The notes under the pieces are model-generated. The model searched no databases, was not told the origin of the DNA, and saw only the letters and a program-made list of their open reading frames with translations. DNA of 64,000 nucleotides from Camelus ferus (Eukaryota). This document shows, one piece after another, positions 1 through 11,529 of this stretch; positions within the stretch are counted from its first letter, which is position 1; every line of letters begins with the position of its first letter. The stretch lies in NCBI RefSeq assembly GCF_009834535.1, contig NC_045696.1, forward strand, positions 97,280,001-97,344,000. The letters are read 5' to 3'. The position numbers and the translations under genes were made by a program.

Positions 1-469
1 CTGTGTTGTTCTAAGTACAGTATTTCCATGATGTAGTATTCCTGAAGGAGTGGGTAGCAGTATTCACCCCATTAACATGGTTCAAACGTTCCCAACGCAT
101 TTGGAAATATATGTATCTGAAAATATTCAAAACTAGCCTTCTCACTTCCTCCTTCTTTCTTCTTGAGAACAGACAGTGGGGAGGGTTGGGGGGGTTGGAC
201 ACAGCCATGGAAACACACTGGGGGCTCAATATCGGGGGCAAAGTGCCTGGGAAGAGTCAAGGAAGACCCGAGTATTGGCCTTTTTAATTGTCAGGAGGAG
301 CCATTTCCGCCAGTGGCCCTTTCTCATGATCCCCTGGCCCAGAGTGAAGATGACCAAAGGATCTGCCACTGACTTTGATGTGGGGGTGGGGGCTGTCCAG
401 TCTGAAGGTTATATCCTCTAGTCTAACTTGCCTTGCGTGAGTACTGAAGCTCAAGAACTCATGATCAAA

Positions 470-627
470 GCTTTGGGCTTTCAACCTGGGCTACACAATT
501 AGAATCACCTGGGAAGCTTTCAAAGTTATTGATACTCGAGTCTCACCCCCAGACATTCTGATTCAATGGTTCTGATAAATGACCTTGGCACTGAGACGTT
601 TTAAAGCACCCTGGTGACCAGTGTGCA
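470..627. mobile_element. MER5-like hAT-Charlie DNA transposon relic
   Basis: Contains 'ttagaatcacctgggaagcttt...cacccccagacattctgattcaatgg', resembling MER5A/B as recalled; boundaries approximate. Confidence 0.6.
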
Positions 628-827
628 GTGAGGGGGATCTCTGTGCCACAACCCTTAGGACTCACTCCTCTGTCTCTCCCACAAGACATCCCCTTCTGCC
701 CAATTCCAGCTCCTCTGATCACTCAATTCCTTCTCTCCCTCCCCTATAGTTGCCACCTCAGCAACCTTCCAAGGCTGAGTCCTTCTGCCTGCAGTGAACA
801 AGCCTCAGACTCTTGGGTTTTAGATAT

Positions 828-1178
828 TGTTATGGGCTGCGTCGTGTCCCTCCAAAATTCATATGTTGAAGTACCACAGAATGTGACTGTATTTGGAGAC
901 ATGGCCTTTAAAGAGGCAATCATGTGGGTGAACCTTCAACCAATATGGGAGTATTCAAGGAGAAGGTTAGGATTCAGGTGTAGAGGGAAAACCACGTGAC
1001 GGCAGAGGGAGCCAGATGCCATCTAGCAGCCAAGGAGAGAGCCCTCAGAAGAAATCAATGCTGCTGACACCTTGATCTCTGGCTTCTCGCCTCCAGAACT
1101 GTGAGGAAGCAAATTTCTGTTGTTTAAGCCCCACTTCCTCGCCCCAGCCTGCGGTACGTCTTATGGCGGCAGCAAGAG
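828..1178 (+). mobile_element. MLT1-type MaLR LTR
   Basis: Starts 'tgttatgggctg..gtgtccctccaaaattcatatgttgaag' and includes 'ctccagaactgtgag..aaatttctgttgtttaagcc', both MLT1 hallmarks. Confidence 0.8.
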
Positions 1179-2510
1179 CTGATGCAGACGGATCTCCCAG
1201 GGCACAGGGTACCTGGTGAGTCGTGGTCCTTCTCTCCCCAGAGGTTGGTTGTGCTGGGTGCATGGATTAGTCCCTAATATCTGAGACGCTTTTTGCACAG
1301 AGAGGAACACCTACAATGATTGGAACTTTGCTTAATGCTCAATAGATTGAGCATTTAAACAATGATATTAAATTTGATTAAATTACTGTAATTTAAATTG
1401 AAATTGCAGATTCAATATGATCGATTCTTTTTAACACTTCAACACCTGAAATAGCAGGCAAAACACACACATGTGATAACAAAACTTACTACAATATTTA
1501 AATTATTCTAAATATCAAATACCATATGTTGAATTTATTTCTTCATTAAGGTTGCTTTATATCTCCCTAGGATTATGGATGAATTTATTTGGACATTTTC
1601 CTAATGTTTCAGTTTGATACTAGGTTACAATTATCACCACATCCCAAAATTCACTGAGGTTCTGTATTTTTTAACCATTTTTTGGCTGGGGCACAAAATT
1701 GTTTTCTCCCCCCAAGTGATTCAAATCCAAGCCTCTTTTTTCTTATTGTAAAACTTAGTTTTCTTAGTCTTTTTAAGTCTACTCCTTTCTCTAGATTTAA
1801 TTTTGTCACCAGAATTTGGTGTTTGTCTCTGCAAATACTGTATTTTAAGACTCCTCTGGCCAAGATTATATAATGCTTTGCCCTGTGTTGGGATAGGCTG
1901 ATTAGGTCTATTAGGTTTATAAATGACATATGTGCCTTTATTGTTGTTTTATCACCATTAGTGGAACCGCTGGGATTTCTTTCCCTGGAAGTTGAGACTG
2001 TGCTTGGTAACCCCTTGCAGGATATTTGGGAAATTTATCAGCTTGGAATATATCACCGAGCCATCTTTTTATTTGGCTATTGTGACTGACCTCTGGTGCT
2101 GATTAACTGTAGGGCCCCCTTTCCAGCTAATTATTCTACAATTTCTGTTAACTCATTAATTAGAAGCTCATACCCCTTCATAGACTCAGCTTGCTTCAAT
2201 TAACGTTAATATTATGTTTTCATGCTGAAATACCACATCATGACCAGTGCCTGAGCTTGAGTCACATGAAAATTATCTTCAGTTTAGTTAACATTGGAAG
2301 GTGCCTTGTTCAAAGGCTCCAACCAATCCAGGGCTTCTTTCCATCCTCACTCAAACCATGGGGAACAGGGAGAAGGGCGGGCCTGGCCAGAGGCATGGGA
2401 TCTTTTGTAGTGAGCAGATGAATAGATCTTTTGTGATGAGCAGACAGGATGACGTCTCTTCTCCCTTGGCTGATTTTGGAACACTCCAGAGAGGCTAAAA
2501 GCAAATACAG

Positions 2511-2621
2511 GTAGTCACGCGGGACTTTGTGAGACCTGACCCAAGCTGGGATGCTCTGGGGGCTTATGCAATAAAGTACGGCCCAGAACTGGGGAGAAGG
2601 CTCCCCTTGCCCATGGTAACG
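2511..2621 (+). CDS. Candidate exon A of cryptic profilin-like domain (VVTRDFVRPDPSWDALGAYAIKYGPELGRRLPLPMVT); 5' boundary uncertain
   Basis: Open frame in unique sequence ending at donor ACG|GTGAGG (GT 2622-2623), phase 0, the same 9-mer as the PFN2 exon 1 donor. Possible acceptors are CAG 2508-2510 (no pyrimidine tract) or CAG 2487-2489 (would include in-frame TAA 2496-2498). In-frame ATG at 2613. Confidence 0.45.
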
Positions 2622-2696
2622 GTGAGGGTGATGACAGCAGTATTGATGACAGCCTTTTATTATCTATTTACCTGTACCTGACCCTGTGCTCTTACA

Positions 2697-2720
2697 ACAC
2701 ACACACACACACACACACAC
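2697..2720. repeat. (AC)12 microsatellite
   Basis: Direct reading. Confidence 0.95.
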
Positions 2721-2879
2721 ATATATGTATAAAATCTCATTTAATAGTTCTCAAGTTAATAGTTCTCTTTTGAGCAAGTATTGTATATCTTTATTGCATC
2801 AGTCAGGAAACGGCAGCTCGGTGAGATTAAGTAATGTCCAGCAAGTGGTATGGCAGAGATTTTATCTAATTGCCAAAAT

Positions 2880-3520
2880 TTTTCTTTTAATTTGAACTTT
2901 GTCATTAAAGTAAAATGCACACACCAAAAACTGTTATTTAATTTTTGAGTATTTCCACACCCCTCCACCCTCCAAAGAAACCTCATGTCCATTTGCAGTC
3001 ATCCTCCACCACTCTCAGCACTGGGCAATCACTAATCTACTTTTTGTCTCCATAGATTTGTCTTTTCTGGATACTTCCTTACCTTCTGGCCCTGTAAGTT
3101 GCTCCAGGCTCATATCATACTCTCCCTGCCCTAACCCTAGAGATAATCCTTTCTTCAAGAAGCTCTGTTTGTTGGAGAACAGTAACCAAGATCTGGGTTC
3201 TCAGTGTGCTTGTTGCTACTTGAGAAACATTGCTTTCAGCTTCTCTCAGTGGACAGAGATAGGAAATATATGTCTGTCTTTCTCTTTCTCTCTCTCTTTC
3301 TCTCTCTCTTTCTTTCTCTTTCTTTCTTTCTTTCTTTTTCTTTCTTTCTTTCTACATATTAATATAAATATAAGTTCATGCTGATACCTGTCACTCTAAT
3401 CTAGCACCACTAGGTTCATTCTTACCTCTCCCCCTTGCTTATTTATAATTTCTTTATCTGACAGTGAGAAACCTGGCTGTCATTACTTCTAATATATTTT
3501 CTTACTTACTCAGTTTTTAT
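2880..3520 (-). mobile_element. Old L1 3'-end fragments (L1M type) with an internal CT-rich simple repeat at about 3277-3352
   Basis: 'ctgggcaatcactaatctactttttgtctccatagatttgtcttttctgga' is typical of antisense L1M 3'UTR; boundaries approximate. Confidence 0.6.
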
Positions 3521-3521
3521 G

Positions 3522-4511
3522 TATGTGAATATTGGGTTGATTGGTGCCCTCAAAAAGACATGTCCATGTTCCAACCACTGGAAGTTGTGAATGTCACCTT
3601 ATTTGAAAAAAGGATTTTTGCAGATGTTGTTAAGTTAACCATCTCAAGACCCTTATCCTGGATTATCCTAGTGGGCCTTAAATCCAATAACAAGTGTGCA
3701 TGTAAGAGAAACATAGAGGTGAGACACAGAGAGAAAAGAAGAGAAAGCCATGTAAAGACAGAGGCAGAATTTGCAGCAACATGGATGGACCTGGAGATTG
3801 TCATTCTAAATGAAGTAAGCCAGAAAGAGAAAGAAAACTATCATATGATATCACTTATATATGAAATCTAAAAAATAAGGCAAACTTATTTACAAAACGG
3901 AAACAGACTCACAGACATAGAAAACAAATTTATGGTTACCAGGAACAGACTCACAGACATAGAAAACAAATTTATGGTTACCGGAAGAGTGTGGGAACAG
4001 ATAAATTGGGAGTTCAAGATTTGCAGATACTAAATAATATATATAAAATAGATAAACAACAAGTTCATACTGTGTAGCACAGGGAACTATATTTAATGTC
4101 TTGTAGTAGCTTATGGTGAAAAAGAATATAAAAACAAATATATGTATGTTCTTGTACGACTGAAGCATTGTGCTATACACCAGAAATTGACACAACATTG
4201 TCAACTGACTATACTTCAATAAATATATACATATGTATATATACAAAAAAAGTGGGACCAACCAAAAAAAAAAAAAAAAAGACAGAGGCAGAGATTAGAG
4301 TGATGAATCTATCAGCCAAAGAACACCCAGAGCCACCAGAAACTTGAAGGGCCAGGGAAGGATTCTCCTCTAGAGACTTCAGAGACTCGTGGCCTTGACA
4401 ACACCTTGATTTTGGATTCCTACTCTCCAGAATAGTGAGAGAATAAATTTCTATTGTTTTAAGCCACCAAGTCTGTGGTAATTTGCAATAACAGCCCTAG
4501 CAAATATAACG
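3522..4511 (+). mobile_element. MLT1-type MaLR LTR split by a younger L1 insertion
   Basis: 5' half 'gtgaatgtcaccttatttgaaaaaaggatttttgcagatg'; 3' half 'ctccagaatagtgagagaataaatttctattgttttaagccaccaag'. Confidence 0.8.
3769..4277 (+). mobile_element. 5'-truncated lineage L1 (ORF2 tail, 3'UTR, polyA) with 15-bp TSD
   Basis: Encodes L1 ORF2 C-terminus FAATWMDLEIVILNEVSQKEK; A-tail; TSD AAAGACAGAGGCAGA at 3754-3768 and 4278-4292. Confidence 0.9.
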
Positions 4512-4659
4512 TATAAAATAGTTTCCTAACTATTAACCATACCCCTATGAGAAACAAATTTACCAAATAAAGCATAGTGTTTGTACATAGTTTTCTTTGT
4601 TGGCCTTACAGTATCCAATGAAAACATTGTTTTTCTAAGCTACTTAGGTCAACTCAATT

Positions 4660-5256
4660 AGCATGCACACTTTTTTGGGTCTGGCTTCTTCCGTTTGCCA
4701 TGATTTCAGATTCATTGTTGAATATATAAAAAACGTGTTTCCTTTTATTGCTGAATAGTATTCCATTATATGGCTATATCACAATTTGCTAGTCCAAACA
4801 CCTGCTGATGGACATTTGGGGCTTTTGTTTATTGGTTTTTTTGTTGGTTTTTTTTTTTTTTTTTGGTTGATTTTGTTTTTTGGTTTTTTAGTTTTTGGCT
4901 ATTACAAATAAAGTTTGCATTCTTATGCAAGTCTTTGTATAGATATATATTTAAAATTTAATTCTCTTGGTTAAATACCTAGTAGTGTAACAGTTGGGTC
5001 ATGTGGCAGATGTATGTTTAAGTTTTTAAGAAATGTCCAAGTTGTTTTCCAAAGTGGTTATACTATTTTACATTTCCATCATCAGTGTATGAGAGTTCCA
5101 GTTATAAAGAGCAGAAATTTTAAACTTTTTGATAAACCCAGTTTATCAATTTTTTTCTTTTATATAGTTCATGCTTTCATGTTTTAAGAATTATTTGCCT
5201 AATTCAAAGTCATGAAGATTTTCTGTTTTGTTTTCTTCTAGAAGGTTTTTGGGGTT

Positions 5257-5304
<48 letters not shown>

Positions 5305-7310
5305 TTACTTTTAGTTCTTACATTTCAGGTTAGGGTCCATTTCAAGTTAATTTTTGCAAGAGATTGAAATGTAAGGGCAGAGATTCATTTTTCTGCATAT
5401 AGATACTCAATCATTCCAGCAATATTTGTTGAAAAGACACACTTCTCCCCCACCCATTCACTGAATTACCTTGACATGTGTTGAAAAATTGACTATTTCT
5501 GGAGTCTCTATTCTGTCCTGTTGACCTTTATGTATATTCCTGTGCCAGTATCACACACATGGCCAATAGAAAGCATTCTCTAGTCTTGTTCTTCAAGATT
5601 ATCTTGATTATTTTTGTTCTTTGCATTTCTATATAAATCCTATAATCTTTTCATCAAATTCCACCCCCCCCCCCGACACACACAAAACTGCTGGGTTAAA
5701 AAAATTTTTTTTCTTTTAAGGTATAACAAAAATACAGAAAAGGGCTCCAATCGTAGGTGTATAGCTTGTTGAATTTTTGGAATTAAAATATCCATACAAC
5801 CAGTGCACAGATCAAGAAACTGGTCTACAACAGCACCCCAGGGCAACCTTCAAATAATCCACCCTCAAAAGACATACTTTGTGTGGCTTCTTTTGCTTAA
5901 CTGTATGTTTGTGCGGTTTATCCATACTGCTGAAAATAGTTTTAGTTTTGTTCGTTCTCACTGCTGTACAATATTCCATTGTGCAAATGTAACACAGTTG
6001 ATTCATCCATTCTATGACTGATAGGCATTTGAGTACTTTCCAGTTTGTAGCTGTTATGAATTCTGCTGTGCACATTCTTGTAATCTTTTGGAAAAGGCAT
6101 GTAAGCATTTTCACTTGGTTATATACAAGAGAGTGGAATTGTGGGGTGTTAAGTTTTGTATATATTCAGTTTTAGCAGACACTGCAAACAGCATTCTGAA
6201 ATGATTGTACTGTTTTACACCCTTAATAACAGTGTATGTATAGTTCTGGTTGGATTACCAGTAGTTTCTACCAATAGTTGGTAGTTCCTATCTTTTTTTT
6301 ATTTTTGCCATCTGACAGGTATGCAGTAGTACTGCAAGTTTAAACAATTTTTAAAATTGTGGTAAAATACACGTAACATAAAATTTGCTATCTTAACCAT
6401 TTTTAAGTGTACAGTTCAGTGGTATTAAGTGCATTCACAGTGTTGTGCACCATTGCCACCACCCTTCCACAGGTCTCTTCATCTTGCAAAACTGAAACTC
6501 CATACCCATTAAACAGTAGCTTCCAATTTCTTCCCCTACCCTAACCCCAGTCAACCACTATCTTGTTTTCTGCCTCTGTGAACTGGACTACTCTATGTAC
6601 CTGATATAAGAGAAATCATACAGTATTTGTCCTTTTATAACTGGTTGATTTCACTTAGCATAATACCCTCAAGGTCTATCTGTGGTATAGGATGTGTCAG
6701 AATTTCCTCCCTTTTAAGGCTGAATAATATTCCATTGTATGTATATACCACATTTTGTTTATCCACTCAATCAGTAATGAGCATTTGGGATGTTTCCACC
6801 TTTTAGTTATTGTGAATACTGCAACTATGAACATGAGTGTACAAATACATGAGTTCTTGCTTTCAGTTCTTTTGGGTATATACTCAGAAGTGGAATTCCT
6901 AGATTCTACTGTTAATTTTTTGAGGAACTACCATACTGCTTTCCATAGCTACCCCATTTTACATTTTCAGCAATAGTTCACAACGGTTCCAATTTCTCCA
7001 TATTTTTACTAACACTTGGTTTCTATTTTTTTTTTTTTTTTTTACTAGTAACCATCCTAAATGGGTATAAGATGGCACACAGTAGTTTTAATCTGATGTT
7101 TCCTGGTGATTAAAGCAGTTGAGCACCTTCTCCTATGGTTATTGGCTTTGGGAACCCCTTCTCTAAAGTGCACATTCAAATCTTTGCCCTATTTTCTTAC
7201 AGGTTGTTACTCTTTTTATTGGTTTATAGTTTACTTATATATTCTGAATTAATACTTCACTTGATGTGTCCTTTCTTTAAAATATCTTCTCTTATTCTGT
7301 GGGTTGTTTT
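4660..7310 (-). mobile_element. Nested old L1 (L1MB/L1ME-like) fragments
   Basis: Repeated antisense L1 3' motifs such as 'ttaaggctgaataatattccattgtatgtatataccacattttgtttatcc'; boundaries approximate. Confidence 0.75.
5257..5301. repeat. (TTG)15 microsatellite
   Basis: Direct reading. Confidence 0.95.
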
Positions 7311-8536
7311 TCTAGTCGGCAGGGAAACCTGTAGCTCATATTCGCTCCATGATCTTGAAAATCAAAGTCCCACACATTCTTTAAGATTTAACAGTAGTTG
7401 AACCTTCTCTATGAAACACCCTTTTACTATTTTCCTATAATTCCAACCTCCATTAATTTTCTCCATCTCTGCCCTTCTGGAGAACTGACTATCTGATTCT
7501 GTGATCTAATGGTATATAATCCTACCCTTGTTTGTCTCTTGTATCTTCCAGACAGACCGTATTACTTAACTTCTTTCTGTGTGTTACTTCCCTGCCTAGA
7601 CTTTAAATCAGAAGACAGGAGCTTTTTAAAAATATTATCTTTAGCCCATACCAATATGTACAACTATAGCAAGAGCTCAATACTTGTTACATGATTTGAA
7701 AAATATCAATAATACAAGGAATATCTATTACCTACTAAGAAGAATGGATAGCAAATACATTGTTCAGCTTACGTGTATCATGTTAAAGAGGTTTTGAAAA
7801 CAGCACCACATTCATCAATGGGTTTGATCTCTGCAACATAAAGGAAAAGTATTGGGAGTGTTTCCTTTTAACTGACCTAGACATTATTTTGAATTCTAGC
7901 CATTAACAGTTCTGAATACCACCTTCATTATCTATCTGGTCTTATTTACCTCTTCACTTCTGAAAACATTTACTTTTCATCTAAAGATAGTATCATTATC
8001 CTACTCTCAACTCATGTGTTTCTTTATGTTTTTGTCTTGCTGTTGGTCTCCTTGGTCAATGTACATCCTTTCATATCACAAGTCTGAATAAGCCTGAAAT
8101 GGTAAAGCAATACAGGATCTTTGAGAGTCTTGCTACGTTCACAACTAGCTGCCAACTATTTGTTTCTCAACAAAGATGAGGGCGCTGTAGGTGGTGGTGG
8201 TGATGTTCATTTTCTTCAAATATCAAATATTTTAAAAACAGCTATGTTTTAATATTCACTTTAAAAGTTACTTTTAAATGTAACAATCATTATTCAATTT
8301 ATACTTTTAGTTCTCTAATCATCAGTATGTTTGTGGACCAGAAATATTTTTCCTAGAAGTGAAATCTTTACTAGAGAAAAACAAACAAAAAACCCTTAAA
8401 GCCTCATTTTAATAGTTTTATGGAAGGTTCCTTAATTAAATTAAATTTCCTTGCTTGCCTTCTGGGACTGAGATCAAGCAAAATTAGATGTTATCTCTTT
8501 GGGGAGTATTGTGCCTGCATTTCTCTCACATATCAG

Positions 8537-8674
8537 ATAACAAGACTGGCCGATATTTTTACAGGCTTTGTGCTCTTCCCCGCGGAATTCTACAACAAGC
8601 CCCTCAACCTCAAGCACAACTTTCTGGGACTGGAACGCTTCACATATGATTCGAGAATCCTCTTTCTGCACATG
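8537..8674 (+). CDS. Candidate exon B of cryptic profilin-like domain (ITRLADIFTGFVLFPAEFYNKPLNLKHNFLGLERFTYDSRILFLHM)
   Basis: Acceptor 'catttctctcacatatcag' (AG 8535-8536), donor ATG|GTAAAT (GT 8675-8676), 138 nt, phase 0-0. C-ending codon run (TTC TAC AAC AAG CCC CTC AAC CTC AAG CAC AAC) in an AT-rich background. Gapless register with PFN2 [17 protein letters not shown]. Confidence 0.6.
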
Positions 8675-9579
8675 GTAAATCAGAGAAAAATGAGTTAAAA
8701 CTCATAGGGAATTCTCCATCAGCTAGTGTGACATTTAGGAATGGACATTAAATCCTTGAATCCTCTAGGGAACAATTTAATGTATTAGTGCAACAAAACT
8801 GGTGGAGCAATTTTCCACGATGCGGCCAGTTCAGCCGCTGTTACAGTAGGCATACAATAACTATCAAGCGCTTCCTCAAGCGCTTAACTCATTAGGGAAA
8901 AGCAACACTGGATAAACCAGAATGCTTAGGGACCCAAGGTTGGGTAGGAAAATGGATGTTGTGGTTGCATTTAACAGAAGCTGATTCATAGTAGCTTAAG
9001 CAAATAAGGAGTTTATTTATCCAACATAACACAAGCCGGAGTGGGAAGTGCAAGGCTGGCAAAGCACTTGAGAAAGCAGGTCCCTTCTCCCCTCTAGTCC
9101 CAACATCCTCAGCAGAGTCCCAAATGGCTGCCCCATCTCAACGCCGCATCATAACAATCTGGACAAGAGGGAGGACAGGTTAAAAGTACAAAGCTTATTC
9201 TGGCTGTCTTTTTTTTTTTTTTAATATTGGGGAAAATAGCTTTCTATGAAGTAACTAGATGCTCACCATAGCTTTTGGAAGTATTTTAAATTGATTTTGT
9301 TACTGCCTGCTCCACTCACCCCAAGTAAATTTCTGATTCTGTTAGCAAGGAAGAACAGATACTGGGAGGCAAACCGATAATGTCTAGCCCATTTGATTAA
9401 CTAAGTGCCATACTCTATATTTTAAGTTTTGCTGTTACACATTTTTCTAAACATGTGTTTATTCATTTCCAAGTCTTTGAAAGCTCACTGCCACACAAAT
9501 CATAGCTAAGTTGTCTTTTACTGTTTCTCAACTTACCTGATTTTTCAAAAAGAAAGGACAACTCAAGATACATCCACTT

Positions 9580-9830
9580 AGGGGGCCGGGGGGTGTGAAG
9601 GGACTGGGATTTCAGAATGTAGAATAGATAAACAAGATTGGACTGTGTAGCACAGGGAAATAGTTACAGGATCTTGTGGTGGCTCACAGCGAAAGAGAAT
9701 GTGACAATGAATGTATGTATGTTCATGTATAACTGAAAAATTGTGCTCTATACTGGAATTTGACACAACATTGTAAAATGACTATAACTCAATAAAAAAT
9801 GTTTAAAAAATTAAATAAAACAAAACAAAA
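9580..9830 (+). mobile_element. Short lineage L1 3'UTR fragment with 15-bp TSD
   Basis: Homologous to the 3' ends at 3990-4220 and 51900-52120; TSD AAGATACATCCACTT at 9565-9579 and 9831-9845. Confidence 0.85.
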
Positions 9831-9899
9831 AAGATACATCCACTTGATGAACTCCTGCATTGTCAACACTACTGCCAGCACTTCACCAAAAAAGTGTCC

Positions 9900-10650
9900 A
9901 AACATGTAACAAACATGTGAAAAGCACACTCACAAATAGAGATTTGCCACTGGGAATATGCAAATTAAAGCCATAATAAACTACCATCATGTACCCAGCA
10001 AAATGTTTACAATTAAAAAGAGATAATACCAAATGTCATGTTAGATGTGGAGTAACTGAAATTTTCCTCTGCTGCTAGTGCCACGGTAAAATCTCTTTGG
10101 AATGTTATTTTATAGTATATACTGACCCTGAGCAATCCCATTCCTAGGAACCTGCTTACCAACATACAGGTACAAAAGTATTTATATTCATAATAGCAAA
10201 AACATAGAAACTAAACCAAGTATGTACCAATAGTGGGACGAATAAATACACTATGGTGTGGTCACGTAATGGAATACAATACAGCAACTACAATTGAGCA
10301 AACTACAATTACAGGCAAAAACATGAATGATTCTCACAAACATCTGAGGGAAAGAAGCCAGAAAGTTTCAAAAAAGGACCTACTCTGTCAGTAGAACTTT
10401 ATGTACATAAAGTACATAGGCAAAATGTTCTCCTACGACTTTGGAGGAGTCAGAAAAGTAGTTAAAATTCTGAGAAGAGAGTAATGACTTAAAATGGGCA
10501 AGATAAAGAGAACTCTTGCCTCCTGAGATTGTTCTTGATCTGGGTGCTGTAACTGGGTGAGGTCACTTTGTGAAAATTCATCATGGTATATAGATTTATG
10601 ATTGGTTCTCTTTTCTGTATGTCTCTTATACTGTGGTGAAAAGGTCAAAA
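9900..10650 (+). mobile_element. Old L1ME-like 3' region
   Basis: Degenerate ORF2-end/3'UTR motifs ('atgcaaattaaagccataataaactacc', 'taatggaatacaatacagcaa'). Confidence 0.6.
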
Positions 10651-10739
10651 ATCTACAATTAGATACTGCTGTAACAGTGAAGGTGTCCCATCGTTCGTCT
10701 AAGGCCAATTCTAGCCAACTCACTTTGGATCCCAGACTT

Positions 10740-11470
10740 TTTTTTTCCTTTTTCAGATGAGCCCTGAGGTATCATTATATTATTTATCTGCCTTCTCTTC
10801 TGTATTTTTAACATCTCCATCTCTACTAGTGCCATCCCATCGGCATTTAACCATGTTCAGGCCTCTCCAATTAAAATGACAATCCTCTCCTTACCCATTA
10901 TGTTCTCTTGGGCTATTTTCTCTTTATTCTCTACTTTACTGCCAAAATACTTGAAGGAAGAAAGTCTCAGCCCCTTTGCTTTCCATCTTTTTTCCTTAAC
11001 CCATTGCAATATGGTTTACTTCCCTACCATCCACCTTAAATCTGCATTTGCCAATTTCTAAAACAGCCTCTCTGTTGCAAATCCAATGAGCATCTTTCAA
11101 TTCTCCTACTTGACTTCTCAGCATCATTTGCTACTCTTGACCATTCCTACCATTTGGAGAAATTCTCTTCCTTGGGCATTTATGATTTACTGGCTCCCGG
11201 TTCCCCATCTGACTTCTCTGGCCACTCATTCTGTTTTCATTGCAAATGTCTCTTACTCATTTTTGAAGTGTTCTCTTGGGTCTGAGTGTCTCTTCTGAAC
11301 TACAGAGCTCTGTATCTAACTGCCATGCAACATCTTCACCAGGTATCTCCCAAGTGCTGAAAAGTCAACTAAGCTTAACATCTCTTTCCTTAGTGTTGTT
11401 CATCTTCCCTATTCCTTCTGTCATTAAATAGCATCAACCAGTACCCAAGCCTGAAACCTAGGTTCAATTC
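10740..11470 (+). mobile_element. L2 LINE fragment
   Basis: Pyrimidine-rich L2-like motifs ('cttgacttctcagcatcatttg..ttgaccattc', 'ccaagcctgaaacctagg'). Confidence 0.55.
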
Positions 11471-11529
11471 ATAGTTATTGAATGAAAGACAGAAGATGCA
11501 AAATTGTGGAAGTATTTTAAATTAAATTT

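Noticed and set aside
15..287. Stop-free + frame of about 90 codons at the window start
   Set aside because: No recognisable homology and no convincing donor.
1962..2102. Acceptor-led peptide (WNRWDFFPWK...FISLEYITEPSFYLAI) with a faint beta-trefoil look, or a possible extra 5' exon
   Set aside because: Only weak donors, frame ambiguous, similarity too short to support.
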